A stretch of 64,000 bases of DNA from Escherichia phage PJNS034. The stretch lies in sequence record PP391266.1; one strand, written 5' to 3'. The stretch's first letter is position 1. Each line of letters opens with the position of its first letter. Below the pieces are notes generated by a model. The model had not been told where the DNA came from. It ran no database searches and saw nothing but the letters and a program-made list of their open reading frames with translations. Shown piece after piece: positions 55,564 to 63,609 of the stretch. Both the position numbers and the translations under genes were made by a program.

Positions 55564-57156
55564 ATGTGCGGAATCGTTGGAATTATGCGTGGCGTTATGA
55601 CTGAAGGTATGGTGGACATGTTTGAACAACTGCTGTATGCAGATGTGTTCCGTGGCCCGCACTCCACTGGCGTCTATCGTGTTAATAAAGATGGTCAATC
55701 AGGGTTGTATAAGGATGCAGTACCTGCGTCTTTATATCTTGGCTCGAAAGGCTGGGATGATTTACGTGGGAATCTGAATGGAACTGCTGGTCATCAGGCA
55801 CTGTCTCAAGTTTATGTTGGTCATAACCGTTGGGCAACTGTAGGTGCAGTTAACGCTGTGAACTCACATCCATTCAAGTGCGGTAACATCACGATGGTAC
55901 ACAATGGTACTGTTGCGAAGTGGCGTTTGAATGACCACCTGAAGTATGACGTTGATAGTCATGCGGTGTGTGCGATGTTGGATTCACATGGTCTGGCTGA
56001 AACTCTGAAAGTTCTGGATGGTAAGTTTACTCTGGTGTGGCATGACGCATCTGATAACACCATGAACTTTATCCGTAATGCAGAACGTCCTCTGCACATG
56101 GTTGAGTTCACTGATGGTGGTTGGGCGTTTGCATCAGAAGGTGAGATGTTAACGTGGATTAATGGTCGTCGTAAGACCCCGTTTGGTATTAAACGTGCTT
56201 TCGAACTGCCAGTTGGCTTCCATCATAAATTCCAGTTATCCGCGAGCAAAGTAGAGCTTGCGGAGGTCGTTAAGTACGAACTCCCAAAGTTCACCAGCTA
56301 CGCCAGCAACAGCACGTATTATCCAAACCGAAGCTCAGTCGCAAGCAGCAGCGCAAGCTCAACAAACTCAGAAAGCGCAACCGCTAGACGTGTGCGTCTG
56401 ATGAAAGAGTGGGGCATTGACGTTGGAGACCGCAAAGATGTAGAGAACATGATTGTGTCTCTGGATAACATCGCGTTCACAGCGTACTCAACCAATGCAG
56501 CATCAGGTCGTATTGATGCAGACGCATGGGGTTACGATGAAGCTGTTGATGCCTGTGATGCTGGTCATATGGAAATTGACTGTAAGCGTGGTGGTAAAAC
56601 TGAAGATGTTCAGGTAACAGTTTACGGTGTTGATACTGTTAAGTGGAAAGACAACTACTCTCAGGGCGACCGTCTGTACGGTAAGATTGACAGTGTGTTT
56701 GAATCCACTGAGCATGGCAAGACTCGTCTTCGTATCACTTTGAAACCACTGACTCTGTGTACTGAGTTGGCTGATGGCGTTGAAGCCTTTAATGAGAAAG
56801 TGTTCCCGCTCCTCATTAAGAAAGAGGCCGAAAAGGTTGATGCCGACAAAAGTAAATCAGATGTTGCAGGAAGCACTGGAAGCGCAGGAACTGCAACTGG
56901 TCAGGGAACTCAGTTATCGGTTGTAGTGGATAACACTGCAAAAAAGCCGGAAGGTACGGACTCATCAAGCGGCTCGCCGAACTTGTTCAACATGTCCGCA
57001 ATTCCAATGAGTCTTAAAGACTTGCGTGAAGACAAGCTGAGTTGTGCTTGGTGCGGAAATGCAATCCACGAACATAACTACGAAATGTCTGATATGTTCT
57101 TTAAATCTCACATCTGCCCAGATTGTGCCAAGGAGTTACCGGGTTATGGCGACTGA
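55564..57156 (+). CDS. class II (Ntn-type) glutamine amidotransferase-like protein with C-terminal zinc ribbon
   Basis: Begins MCGIVGI (Cys directly after Met, hallmark of N-terminal nucleophile amidotransferases); Ser-rich linker; C-terminal CAWCG...CPDC; start moved to internal ATG with GAGG upstream. Confidence 0.7.
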   Translation: MCGIVGIMRGVMTEGMVDMFEQLLYADVFRGPHSTGVYRVNKDGQSGLYKDAVPASLYLGSKGWDDLRGNLNGTAGHQALSQVYVGHNRWATVGAVNAVNSHPFKCGNITMVHNGTVAKWRLNDHLKYDVDSHAVCAMLDSHGLAETLKVLDGKFTLVWHDASDNTMNFIRNAERPLHMVEFTDGGWAFASEGEMLTWINGRRKTPFGIKRAFELPVGFHHKFQLSASKVELAEVVKYELPKFTSYASNSTYYPNRSSVASSSASSTNSESATARRVRLMKEWGIDVGDRKDVENMIVSLDNIAFTAYSTNAASGRIDADAWGYDEAVDACDAGHMEIDCKRGGKTEDVQVTVYGVDTVKWKDNYSQGDRLYGKIDSVFESTEHGKTRLRITLKPLTLCTELADGVEAFNEKVFPLLIKKEAEKVDADKSKSDVAGSTGSAGTATGQGTQLSVVVDNTAKKPEGTDSSSGSPNLFNMSAIPMSLKDLREDKLSCAWCGNAIHEHNYEMSDMFFKSHICPDCAKELPGYGD

Positions 57157-57439
57157 TAAAATTGTAATTCGTATGCCGAAAGACGACATTGAATGTGAGC
57201 GGAAATATCCGTTCACTTACTTCATGAATGCAGCGCTGCGTGGTATGCAGCGTCGCTACTCTGAACAAGCGTCGGCAAAGTTTGGTAGTGAAGTTGAGAT
57301 TCTATTCCCAACTGCATTATCAAAAATGATTCATGACCACATGGTCACTCTGTATCAACAGGAAGGATTCGAACTCGCTGAAGAAGATTTCGAAGACTCC
57401 GAACAATACCGCAAATATCTGAAACTAATTAAGGGCTAA
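57146..57439 (+). CDS. hypothetical protein (97 aa)
   Basis: ATG overlapping the amidotransferase stop; ORF-track frame. Confidence 0.35.
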   Translation: MATDKIVIRMPKDDIECERKYPFTYFMNAALRGMQRRYSEQASAKFGSEVEILFPTALSKMIHDHMVTLYQQEGFELAEEDFEDSEQYRKYLKLIKG

Positions 57440-57444
57440 AACAA

Positions 57445-58938
57445 ATGCTGCGTATCTTCAACTACAACAACGGTTCTCAAGGTCTGGGTGCTCTGCGTGA
57501 ACATGTAGAGCCATTGATTCGTGAGATGAATACTCATCGTGGTTTCCGTAACATTCGTCCGGTTATGGGTAGCGAGAATGGTTCTGCTCGTCTGTTTCAG
57601 GCGACTAACCGCTTCATTATGAACTGGGGTTCTTCGCAACCCCTGAACACTGATGAAAGCAACTTCGTTCTCAACAAACCGGAAGCTGTTGGTTTAGCAA
57701 CTCATAAACTCCGCTTCTTCCAACATGTTCACCAGTGGAACCAAGAGAAGATTGCTCAGGGTGTGAATGGCCTGACTGTTCCGATTCCTGAGTGGACAAC
57801 TTCTCGTGATGAAGCTCAGACTTGGGCAGGGCATGACCATCTGGTTTATGCCCGTCAACGTCTGCAAGGTCATAGCGGTGAAGGTATCGAAGTATACGGT
57901 ATCAATCAGGTTGTTGAACGTGCTCCACTGTACACCAAAGGCATCATCGGTGCTCGTCGTGAGTATCGTGTTCATGTCATTGCTGGTCAGGTGGCACTGG
58001 TTCAGTTGAAGAAACGCCGCAATGGTGGTGAGGCTGTGGGCAATGGTAATGACCATGTTCGTAACCTCGGCTCTGGTTGGGTGTATGCAGTAAGTGATGC
58101 TCGTCCATCACCAGTCGTATTGAGTGCAGCACAGAATGCAGTTCGTGCTCTGGGTCTGGACTTTGGTGCGGTAGACATTATCGCTAAAGGTCGTAAAGGT
58201 CAGGAGCGTGAGTGCTGGGTGTTGGAAGTTAACACTGCACCGGGTCAGCGTGGTGATACTACTGTGACGCTGTATGCTCGTGCTGTTGCATCGGCATATG
58301 CAATCTGGATGAATCGTGATAGCGTTGACGTCCGTGATTTAGGAGGTGTCAAAGCTGCATGGGAAACACTTCCTTGGCTGAACGATGAAACCTTCCTTGC
58401 TCTGATGCGTGATGAAGGTGCAGATGGTTCGGTACTTCTGCGTTCTCAGCGTGAAACTCAGGCAGCAGAGGCAGAAATGCCTAACACTGACGATGATGTG
58501 GCGGCAGATGAAAACTTTGCCCTTCCTGCTGATGAACTGACACCTGCTCGTGCAACCTCTGGTGCTCATGTAGTTCACACTGGTACTCGTTGGGTTGATG
58601 TAGAAGCAGCACCTCAAGTTCGTGCTGAGCCTGTACGTCGTCGTGACGGTGAGCCAATGCCGTTCAATGGTAATCCATTCGATGCACGTATTCGTCGTGA
58701 ACCTGCACCACGTCCTGCACCTGAACCGGTTGTAATGCCAGAACGTCGTGTCATGTTGTCTCGTCTGGGACAGAATGACCCACAGAACGAACAGTTCGTG
58801 GTATTCACATGGAACGGTCGTCGTGAAGTCGGTGTAGTCAATACTCGTCTGGGTGTTGTTTACATGGCTGGTAGCGAAGTTCAACTTCCACTGGCTCAGG
58901 TTGATTTGATTGCGGTAGTTGATACCGAAATTCGTTAA
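57445..58938 (+). CDS. ATP-grasp ligase (RimK-like) with ~200-aa C-terminal extension
   Basis: YRVHVIAG and GLDFGAVDII...VLEVNTAPG match the RimK/GshB-type ATP-grasp C-terminal motifs as recalled; C-terminal half Pro/Arg-rich, unassigned. Confidence 0.7.
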   Translation: MLRIFNYNNGSQGLGALREHVEPLIREMNTHRGFRNIRPVMGSENGSARLFQATNRFIMNWGSSQPLNTDESNFVLNKPEAVGLATHKLRFFQHVHQWNQEKIAQGVNGLTVPIPEWTTSRDEAQTWAGHDHLVYARQRLQGHSGEGIEVYGINQVVERAPLYTKGIIGARREYRVHVIAGQVALVQLKKRRNGGEAVGNGNDHVRNLGSGWVYAVSDARPSPVVLSAAQNAVRALGLDFGAVDIIAKGRKGQERECWVLEVNTAPGQRGDTTVTLYARAVASAYAIWMNRDSVDVRDLGGVKAAWETLPWLNDETFLALMRDEGADGSVLLRSQRETQAAEAEMPNTDDDVAADENFALPADELTPARATSGAHVVHTGTRWVDVEAAPQVRAEPVRRRDGEPMPFNGNPFDARIRREPAPRPAPEPVVMPERRVMLSRLGQNDPQNEQFVVFTWNGRREVGVVNTRLGVVYMAGSEVQLPLAQVDLIAVVDTEIR

Positions 58939-58967
58939 TTGCTTTAGGGTATTCTTCGGAGTACCCT

Positions 58968-59189
58968 ATGTCGATTGAACCGAACGAGGAATATATGAAA
59001 GTATGGGTAGTTATGTTCCAAGAGTATGACCTAGCCGAAGTGCTGGAAATCTACTCGAAGGAAGAAGATGCTATAGCACATCGTCAGGCTGAAATTGATA
59101 AGAGCTTGTCATACGCTAAGAAGTGGAATGTCAAACCACACCCTGCGCTCGAACAGTTTTATACAATTCACGAAAAAGAGGTAAAGTAA
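58968..59189 (+). CDS. hypothetical protein (73 aa)
   Basis: ATG lies at the 3' edge of a hairpin whose loop carries GGAG. Confidence 0.3.
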   Translation: MSIEPNEEYMKVWVVMFQEYDLAEVLEIYSKEEDAIAHRQAEIDKSLSYAKKWNVKPHPALEQFYTIHEKEVK

Positions 59190-59596
59190 TGAGCAATTTA
59201 GTCGCTGTATATGGTTCCCTTCTGTCTGGTCTGCATAACCACGGTGTTATGGAACGTGCAAAGGGTAAGTTGATTGGTGCTGGTGAATCGGTGCAGAACA
59301 TCAACATGTATTCTCTGGGTGGTTTCCCTTCCATCTCTCTGGAACACTCCAGCCACGGTAATACAATTCGTGTTGAAGTATATGAAGTACCGGATGAAGG
59401 TATGCGTCCTCTGAATGCACTGGAAGGTTATCGTGGTGAAGATGGCCCGAACTTCTACAACCGCACTCCAATCAAAATTAAGATGGACAACGGTGATATG
59501 CTGGAAGCGTTCATCTATCACATCGACGAAACTCAATCCCATCCGGTTATTGATGGTGACTGGCGTAAATATCTGGAACAGCGAGGTCGTGCATAG
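59189..59596 (+). CDS. gamma-glutamyl cyclotransferase-like (AIG2/GGCT fold) protein
   Basis: N-terminal VAVYGSLL matches the YGS(L/N) signature; conserved Glu in LEGYRGE; start moved to internal ATG with AGAGG upstream. Confidence 0.6.
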   Translation: MSNLVAVYGSLLSGLHNHGVMERAKGKLIGAGESVQNINMYSLGGFPSISLEHSSHGNTIRVEVYEVPDEGMRPLNALEGYRGEDGPNFYNRTPIKIKMDNGDMLEAFIYHIDETQSHPVIDGDWRKYLEQRGRA

Positions 59597-59808
59597 TGGA
59601 ATATGATGCAATCCTTGAAGACCCAAGACTCTCACCAATTAGTAAGAGCAAGAAGGTCGCCGTAGGTTATATCTACGAAGATAAGAAAGGCCGCTGGCCT
59701 GATGGAACTTTCATTCGTACCTCTCTGATTGAAAAGGAAATCAAAGAAGGGAATGATGTTTACATCAAAACAATGAACACTGTGTATAAGGTGCGTGAGA
59801 ATGCCTAA
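59596..59808 (+). CDS. hypothetical protein (70 aa)
   Basis: ORF-track ORF. Confidence 0.3.
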   Translation: MEYDAILEDPRLSPISKSKKVAVGYIYEDKKGRWPDGTFIRTSLIEKEIKEGNDVYIKTMNTVYKVRENA

Positions 59809-60220
59809 TGTTGTAATTTTCCAGAAGCGTAATGGTCTGTATGTTCAATTCAATGAACGTGGTGAGCGTATTGCAACACCGTACATTCATCTGGCTAAAC
59901 GTTACGAAGCTGGTGAGGAAACTCGTCGTGTCATTACGCAGTTGAATGCGAATGGTCATGAGTTCTCCGCTGTAGTGGTAACTAATCCGCCGTATTACAG
60001 TGAACGTGGTGGCTGGCACCTGACGTCAGTGAAGGAAGCTAAGAAATTAGCTGAAGCTCTGGGAATTAAGAATGTATCCCGTTTCATTAACCAAATCCCA
60101 CACATGCGAGCATTAGCCGATGCTGGGAAGATTGAGGAGTTAAACGAGTATGTCTTATCCATCAAATCTAGTCGGGTCGCAATCGGTTATCCTAACTCGT
60201 ATACCTACTACAACGGTTGA
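59795..60220 (+). CDS. hypothetical protein (141 aa)
   Basis: ORF-track ORF; contains VVTNPPYY but lacks other methyltransferase motifs. Confidence 0.3.
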   Translation: MRMPNVVIFQKRNGLYVQFNERGERIATPYIHLAKRYEAGEETRRVITQLNANGHEFSAVVVTNPPYYSERGGWHLTSVKEAKKLAEALGIKNVSRFINQIPHMRALADAGKIEELNEYVLSIKSSRVAIGYPNSYTYYNG

Positions 60221-60396
60221 GTTTCTCAGAGACTTAGCTGATGTATGTAACAAACATGGGATGGGCATTCACCCGTCCCACGAACCACTTGAAGTGTACA
60301 AATTTGACCGGATGGATTTTCACTTTGACTTCCGGTTCTCTAACTCCAGTGAATTGGTAGATAAATTTCTACCGTCCCTTTTCCCAATCCAAGGTA

Positions 60397-60855
60397 ATGA
60401 TAATGAATCTGTCTAAAATCGAAAACAAAGCTGACTTCCTGCGTCGTGTCTCTGCTGGTAAGTTCATTGTTCGTAAGCGTGGTGTGAGTGTTCTGGGCTT
60501 CTATAAGGTTCGCTCTGTCACTGAGCGTCATATCATCACTGATACCCGTACCTTTACCTATCAGGAGCTGTTCAACTTCGCTAAGGTGTTCCTGCTGACT
60601 GGCGAGATTGCACCGAAGGAAGAGACAGCACCTCAATTCAAGAAAGATGCGAAGTTCATCCTGTGGGCACCGAAGTCAAACAAGCCACCTCGTGTAGTGC
60701 TGGAAGATGGTATCGACGCTGCCCTGCATGTAGCGAATGATATGGCTCGTCGTCACGGTGGCAAGTTCTACGTTGCCCATCTGGTCGCTGAGGCTGAGAA
60801 GAAAGTAACTCGTCGTGTTATCGAAGATGTTACTCAAACCTCTCGTATGCTGTAA
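60397..60855 (+). CDS. hypothetical protein (152 aa)
   Basis: ORF-track ORF. Confidence 0.35.
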   Translation: MIMNLSKIENKADFLRRVSAGKFIVRKRGVSVLGFYKVRSVTERHIITDTRTFTYQELFNFAKVFLLTGEIAPKEETAPQFKKDAKFILWAPKSNKPPRVVLEDGIDAALHVANDMARRHGGKFYVAHLVAEAEKKVTRRVIEDVTQTSRML

Positions 60856-61022
60856 GGAGCCATCATGCTACCATTATCTTGCCTCCTAATTGGAGGCTTG
60901 ATTGGCTTCTTTATCAGCGGTATGATTGTCTCCTCTGTCTACAAGCGTCAGATTCGTGATGGCTATGTGGAAATCAAAGGTGTGGTCTACCGTACCTATA
61001 AAGCAAGCAAGTGAGGTAAACA

Positions 61023-62765
61023 TTGTCCCAAGAGTATCAAGGTGGTAAACGATTAACGCACGACGGCCCATGTCCAACATGTCGTTCTCATGGACGTGAC
61101 AGAACTGGCAACCACTTACAGTTCTGGGAGAATGATAAAGGCGAGCATTGGGCTTTCTGTAACCGATGCGGTCACTACGAAGACGATGGAAACAAACTCG
61201 GCTCGTATGAAAAGAAAGAACGTCGTGAGTTAAGCGATGAAGAAGTAGCGGAGGTGTTGTCAGAGATTGCCGAACTTCCGTATCAAGCGTTGGGTAGTCG
61301 TGGTATCACATTAGCAGTTGCCGAACGTTATGGTGTTCGTGTTGGATTAAGTCCACAGGACGGACAAACTCAAGTCTCTCACTTCTATCCGAAGATGAAG
61401 GGCAAGGATATCACTGGTTACAAAGTACGTCAGTTGAATCCGAAGTTCTTTTATCATCAAGGTCGTGGTGGTGGATGTGACTTGTTTGGTATGCAGCAAG
61501 CGTTGTTGAAGGATGTGTTTAAACATTCGTTGTATATCTTCGAAGATGAGTTGTCGGCAATGTCTGGTTTTCAGGTATTGAAACAATTCGCAAAAGAGGG
61601 TTACAAGAACTACTCACCAGCGGTTGTTTCATTGCCAGATGGAACGAAATCAGCAGCACGAGTGTGTGGTCAGAACCGTGAGTTCATCCAGAGTTTCAAA
61701 GAAGTTGTTGTCTGTATGGATAACGACAAAGCTGGTGATGATGCGGTTGAAGTGATTCGTTCACTTTATCCTGACAAAGTAAAAGTGGTACGACTTCCGC
61801 TGAAAGATGCGAACGATATGCTTATGGCAGGTCGTGAAATGGAGTTGTATCAGCACTTACGATTCAATGCCAAGACTGAGACGCCAGACGGTGCAGTATC
61901 CATTATGGATTGCATTGAAGATGCGTTGAAGAAACCGGAATGGGGTTTATCATTCCCGTGGCAGGGTCTTACGAACTTAACTTATGGCATTCAGTACGGT
62001 GAGATTATCGCTGTTGGTGGTGGTGTAGGTTTGGGTAAGACCTTGATTGGTCATGAGTTGTGTGCTCACTTGATTAATGTCGAGAAACAACGAATCGGCA
62101 TGTTCATGCTGGAGGAAACTGTTGGCAATACCATCAAGAACATTTCTGGTAAGGTTGCTAATATTCCTTTCCATCGCCCAGATGTTGAGTATGACCCTCA
62201 AACCCTTCGTGACGTAGCAATGTCGTTTGGCGACAATGTAGCGTTGTGGCAGAACAAAGGTCAGAACTCATGGGAGAACATTAAGGCATGTATGCGGTTC
62301 TGGGCTGTAGTTGAGGGTCGTAAGATTATGATTCTCGATAACATCACAGCGTTAACTGCTCACTTAACTCCAAGTGAAATCAACACGGAAATCAGTAAGA
62401 TTGCATCTGAACTTGCTGGCCTGTGTGACGAGTTAGGTATTGCATGTTTTGTATTCTCTCACTTAAATCCACCGTCAGGTGGTAAGCCACACGAAGAAGG
62501 TGGTGAAGTTAAAGAGGTTCAGTTCACTGGTTCACGAGCGTTGATGCGTTGGTGTCAGGTGATTCTTGGCTTCGAACGTAACAAATATGCAGAAGGGGAT
62601 GCAAAGAACATCTCACGCATTAAGTTACTGAAAGACCGTAAGTATGGTCAGTCTGGTTATATTCATACACGGTTCTATCCTGAAACTGGTCGTTTACTCG
62701 AAGTGACTGAACAAGAAGCTGGCGAGTACGAACAGACAGAGGAAGATAAAGACCGTTCATTCTAA
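61023..62765 (+). CDS. primase-helicase (T7 gp4-like)
   Basis: N-terminal zinc-binding CPTC...CNRC, central primase-like region, helicase Walker A GGGVGLGKT and Walker B-like MILDNIT; start read as TTG. Confidence 0.85.
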   Translation: MSQEYQGGKRLTHDGPCPTCRSHGRDRTGNHLQFWENDKGEHWAFCNRCGHYEDDGNKLGSYEKKERRELSDEEVAEVLSEIAELPYQALGSRGITLAVAERYGVRVGLSPQDGQTQVSHFYPKMKGKDITGYKVRQLNPKFFYHQGRGGGCDLFGMQQALLKDVFKHSLYIFEDELSAMSGFQVLKQFAKEGYKNYSPAVVSLPDGTKSAARVCGQNREFIQSFKEVVVCMDNDKAGDDAVEVIRSLYPDKVKVVRLPLKDANDMLMAGREMELYQHLRFNAKTETPDGAVSIMDCIEDALKKPEWGLSFPWQGLTNLTYGIQYGEIIAVGGGVGLGKTLIGHELCAHLINVEKQRIGMFMLEETVGNTIKNISGKVANIPFHRPDVEYDPQTLRDVAMSFGDNVALWQNKGQNSWENIKACMRFWAVVEGRKIMILDNITALTAHLTPSEINTEISKIASELAGLCDELGIACFVFSHLNPPSGGKPHEEGGEVKEVQFTGSRALMRWCQVILGFERNKYAEGDAKNISRIKLLKDRKYGQSGYIHTRFYPETGRLLEVTEQEAGEYEQTEEDKDRSF

Positions 62766-62777
62766 GAGGTAAGTTAT

Positions 62778-63080
62778 ATGTCCAATGGTATTACATTAGA
62801 AGTTCATGACTGGCACAAAGATGGTACTCGTCGTCCATTCTTCGGAAATAATGATAAGGGTTACTTCTGGCTTCACCTGTATTATGCTTCTGGTGTGCAA
62901 GCATCTTTGGGTGGCTCGATTGAACACTACTTCATGAAAGAAGATGAAACTACCAAAGCAACCTCGAAGATGAATGTTGCTATCCGTGGTAATGATGGTA
63001 AGTTTATCTCTTACCGTAAACTTCAGAACACTGACCATGAACATGTGTTTGAGGGGATTGATGCACTACCAAACATTTGA
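62778..63080 (+). CDS. hypothetical protein (100 aa)
   Basis: ORF-track ORF between primase-helicase and exonuclease-domain gene. Confidence 0.3.
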   Translation: MSNGITLEVHDWHKDGTRRPFFGNNDKGYFWLHLYYASGVQASLGGSIEHYFMKEDETTKATSKMNVAIRGNDGKFISYRKLQNTDHEHVFEGIDALPNI

Positions 63081-63609
63081 TGCGTTCGATATTGAGACGG
63101 ATAACTTATATCATGGAGTTACCCGTCTTTGGTGCAGCAGTCACATCGACGTTGATAGCGGTTGTGTTACTGAGTATCGTCCTGAATGTTATCAAAGCGT
63201 TGGTGAGCACTTATTACGGTGTAAACGAGACAACGTTGTTGTGGTCGGTCATAACATCGTAGACTTCGACTTACCAGCGATTGAGAAAGTGTTGGGTGTG
63301 GATTTGGATGGTATTGCATTCATTGATACACTCGTCATTTCTCGTGCTCTGGAACCTGACCTCGAAGGAGGTCATTCCTTGAAGATGTGGGGTAAACGTC
63401 TTGGTATCTTAAAAGGTACTTATGGGGAAGATGAAGGGGAAGCAGCATGGGACAAGTTCTCAGAAGACATGATGGAATACTGTACACAGGACGTTAAGGT
63501 CACTGTTGCACTGGTTAAACATCTGCTTGAGGATTTAGCAGGTATCCCACGGAACGAATGGTACAAGGTTGTACAAGTTTATAATTCACCACTTAAAGGT
63601 AAACGTTAA
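63061..63609 (+). CDS. DNA polymerase 3'-5' proofreading exonuclease domain, separately encoded
   Basis: Exo I-like FDIETD and Exo II-like VVGHNIVDFD; ends in a stop overlapping the dUTPase start; start taken at internal ATG with GAGG upstream. Confidence 0.75.
   Translation: MHYQTFDAFDIETDNLYHGVTRLWCSSHIDVDSGCVTEYRPECYQSVGEHLLRCKRDNVVVVGHNIVDFDLPAIEKVLGVDLDGIAFIDTLVISRALEPDLEGGHSLKMWGKRLGILKGTYGEDEGEAAWDKFSEDMMEYCTQDVKVTVALVKHLLEDLAGIPRNEWYKVVQVYNSPLKGKR

Noticed and set aside
59795-60220. N6-adenine methyltransferase suggested by VVTNPPYY
   Set aside because: The ORF is only 141 aa and lacks an upstream SAM-binding glycine-rich motif; isolated tetrapeptide match is probably coincidental.
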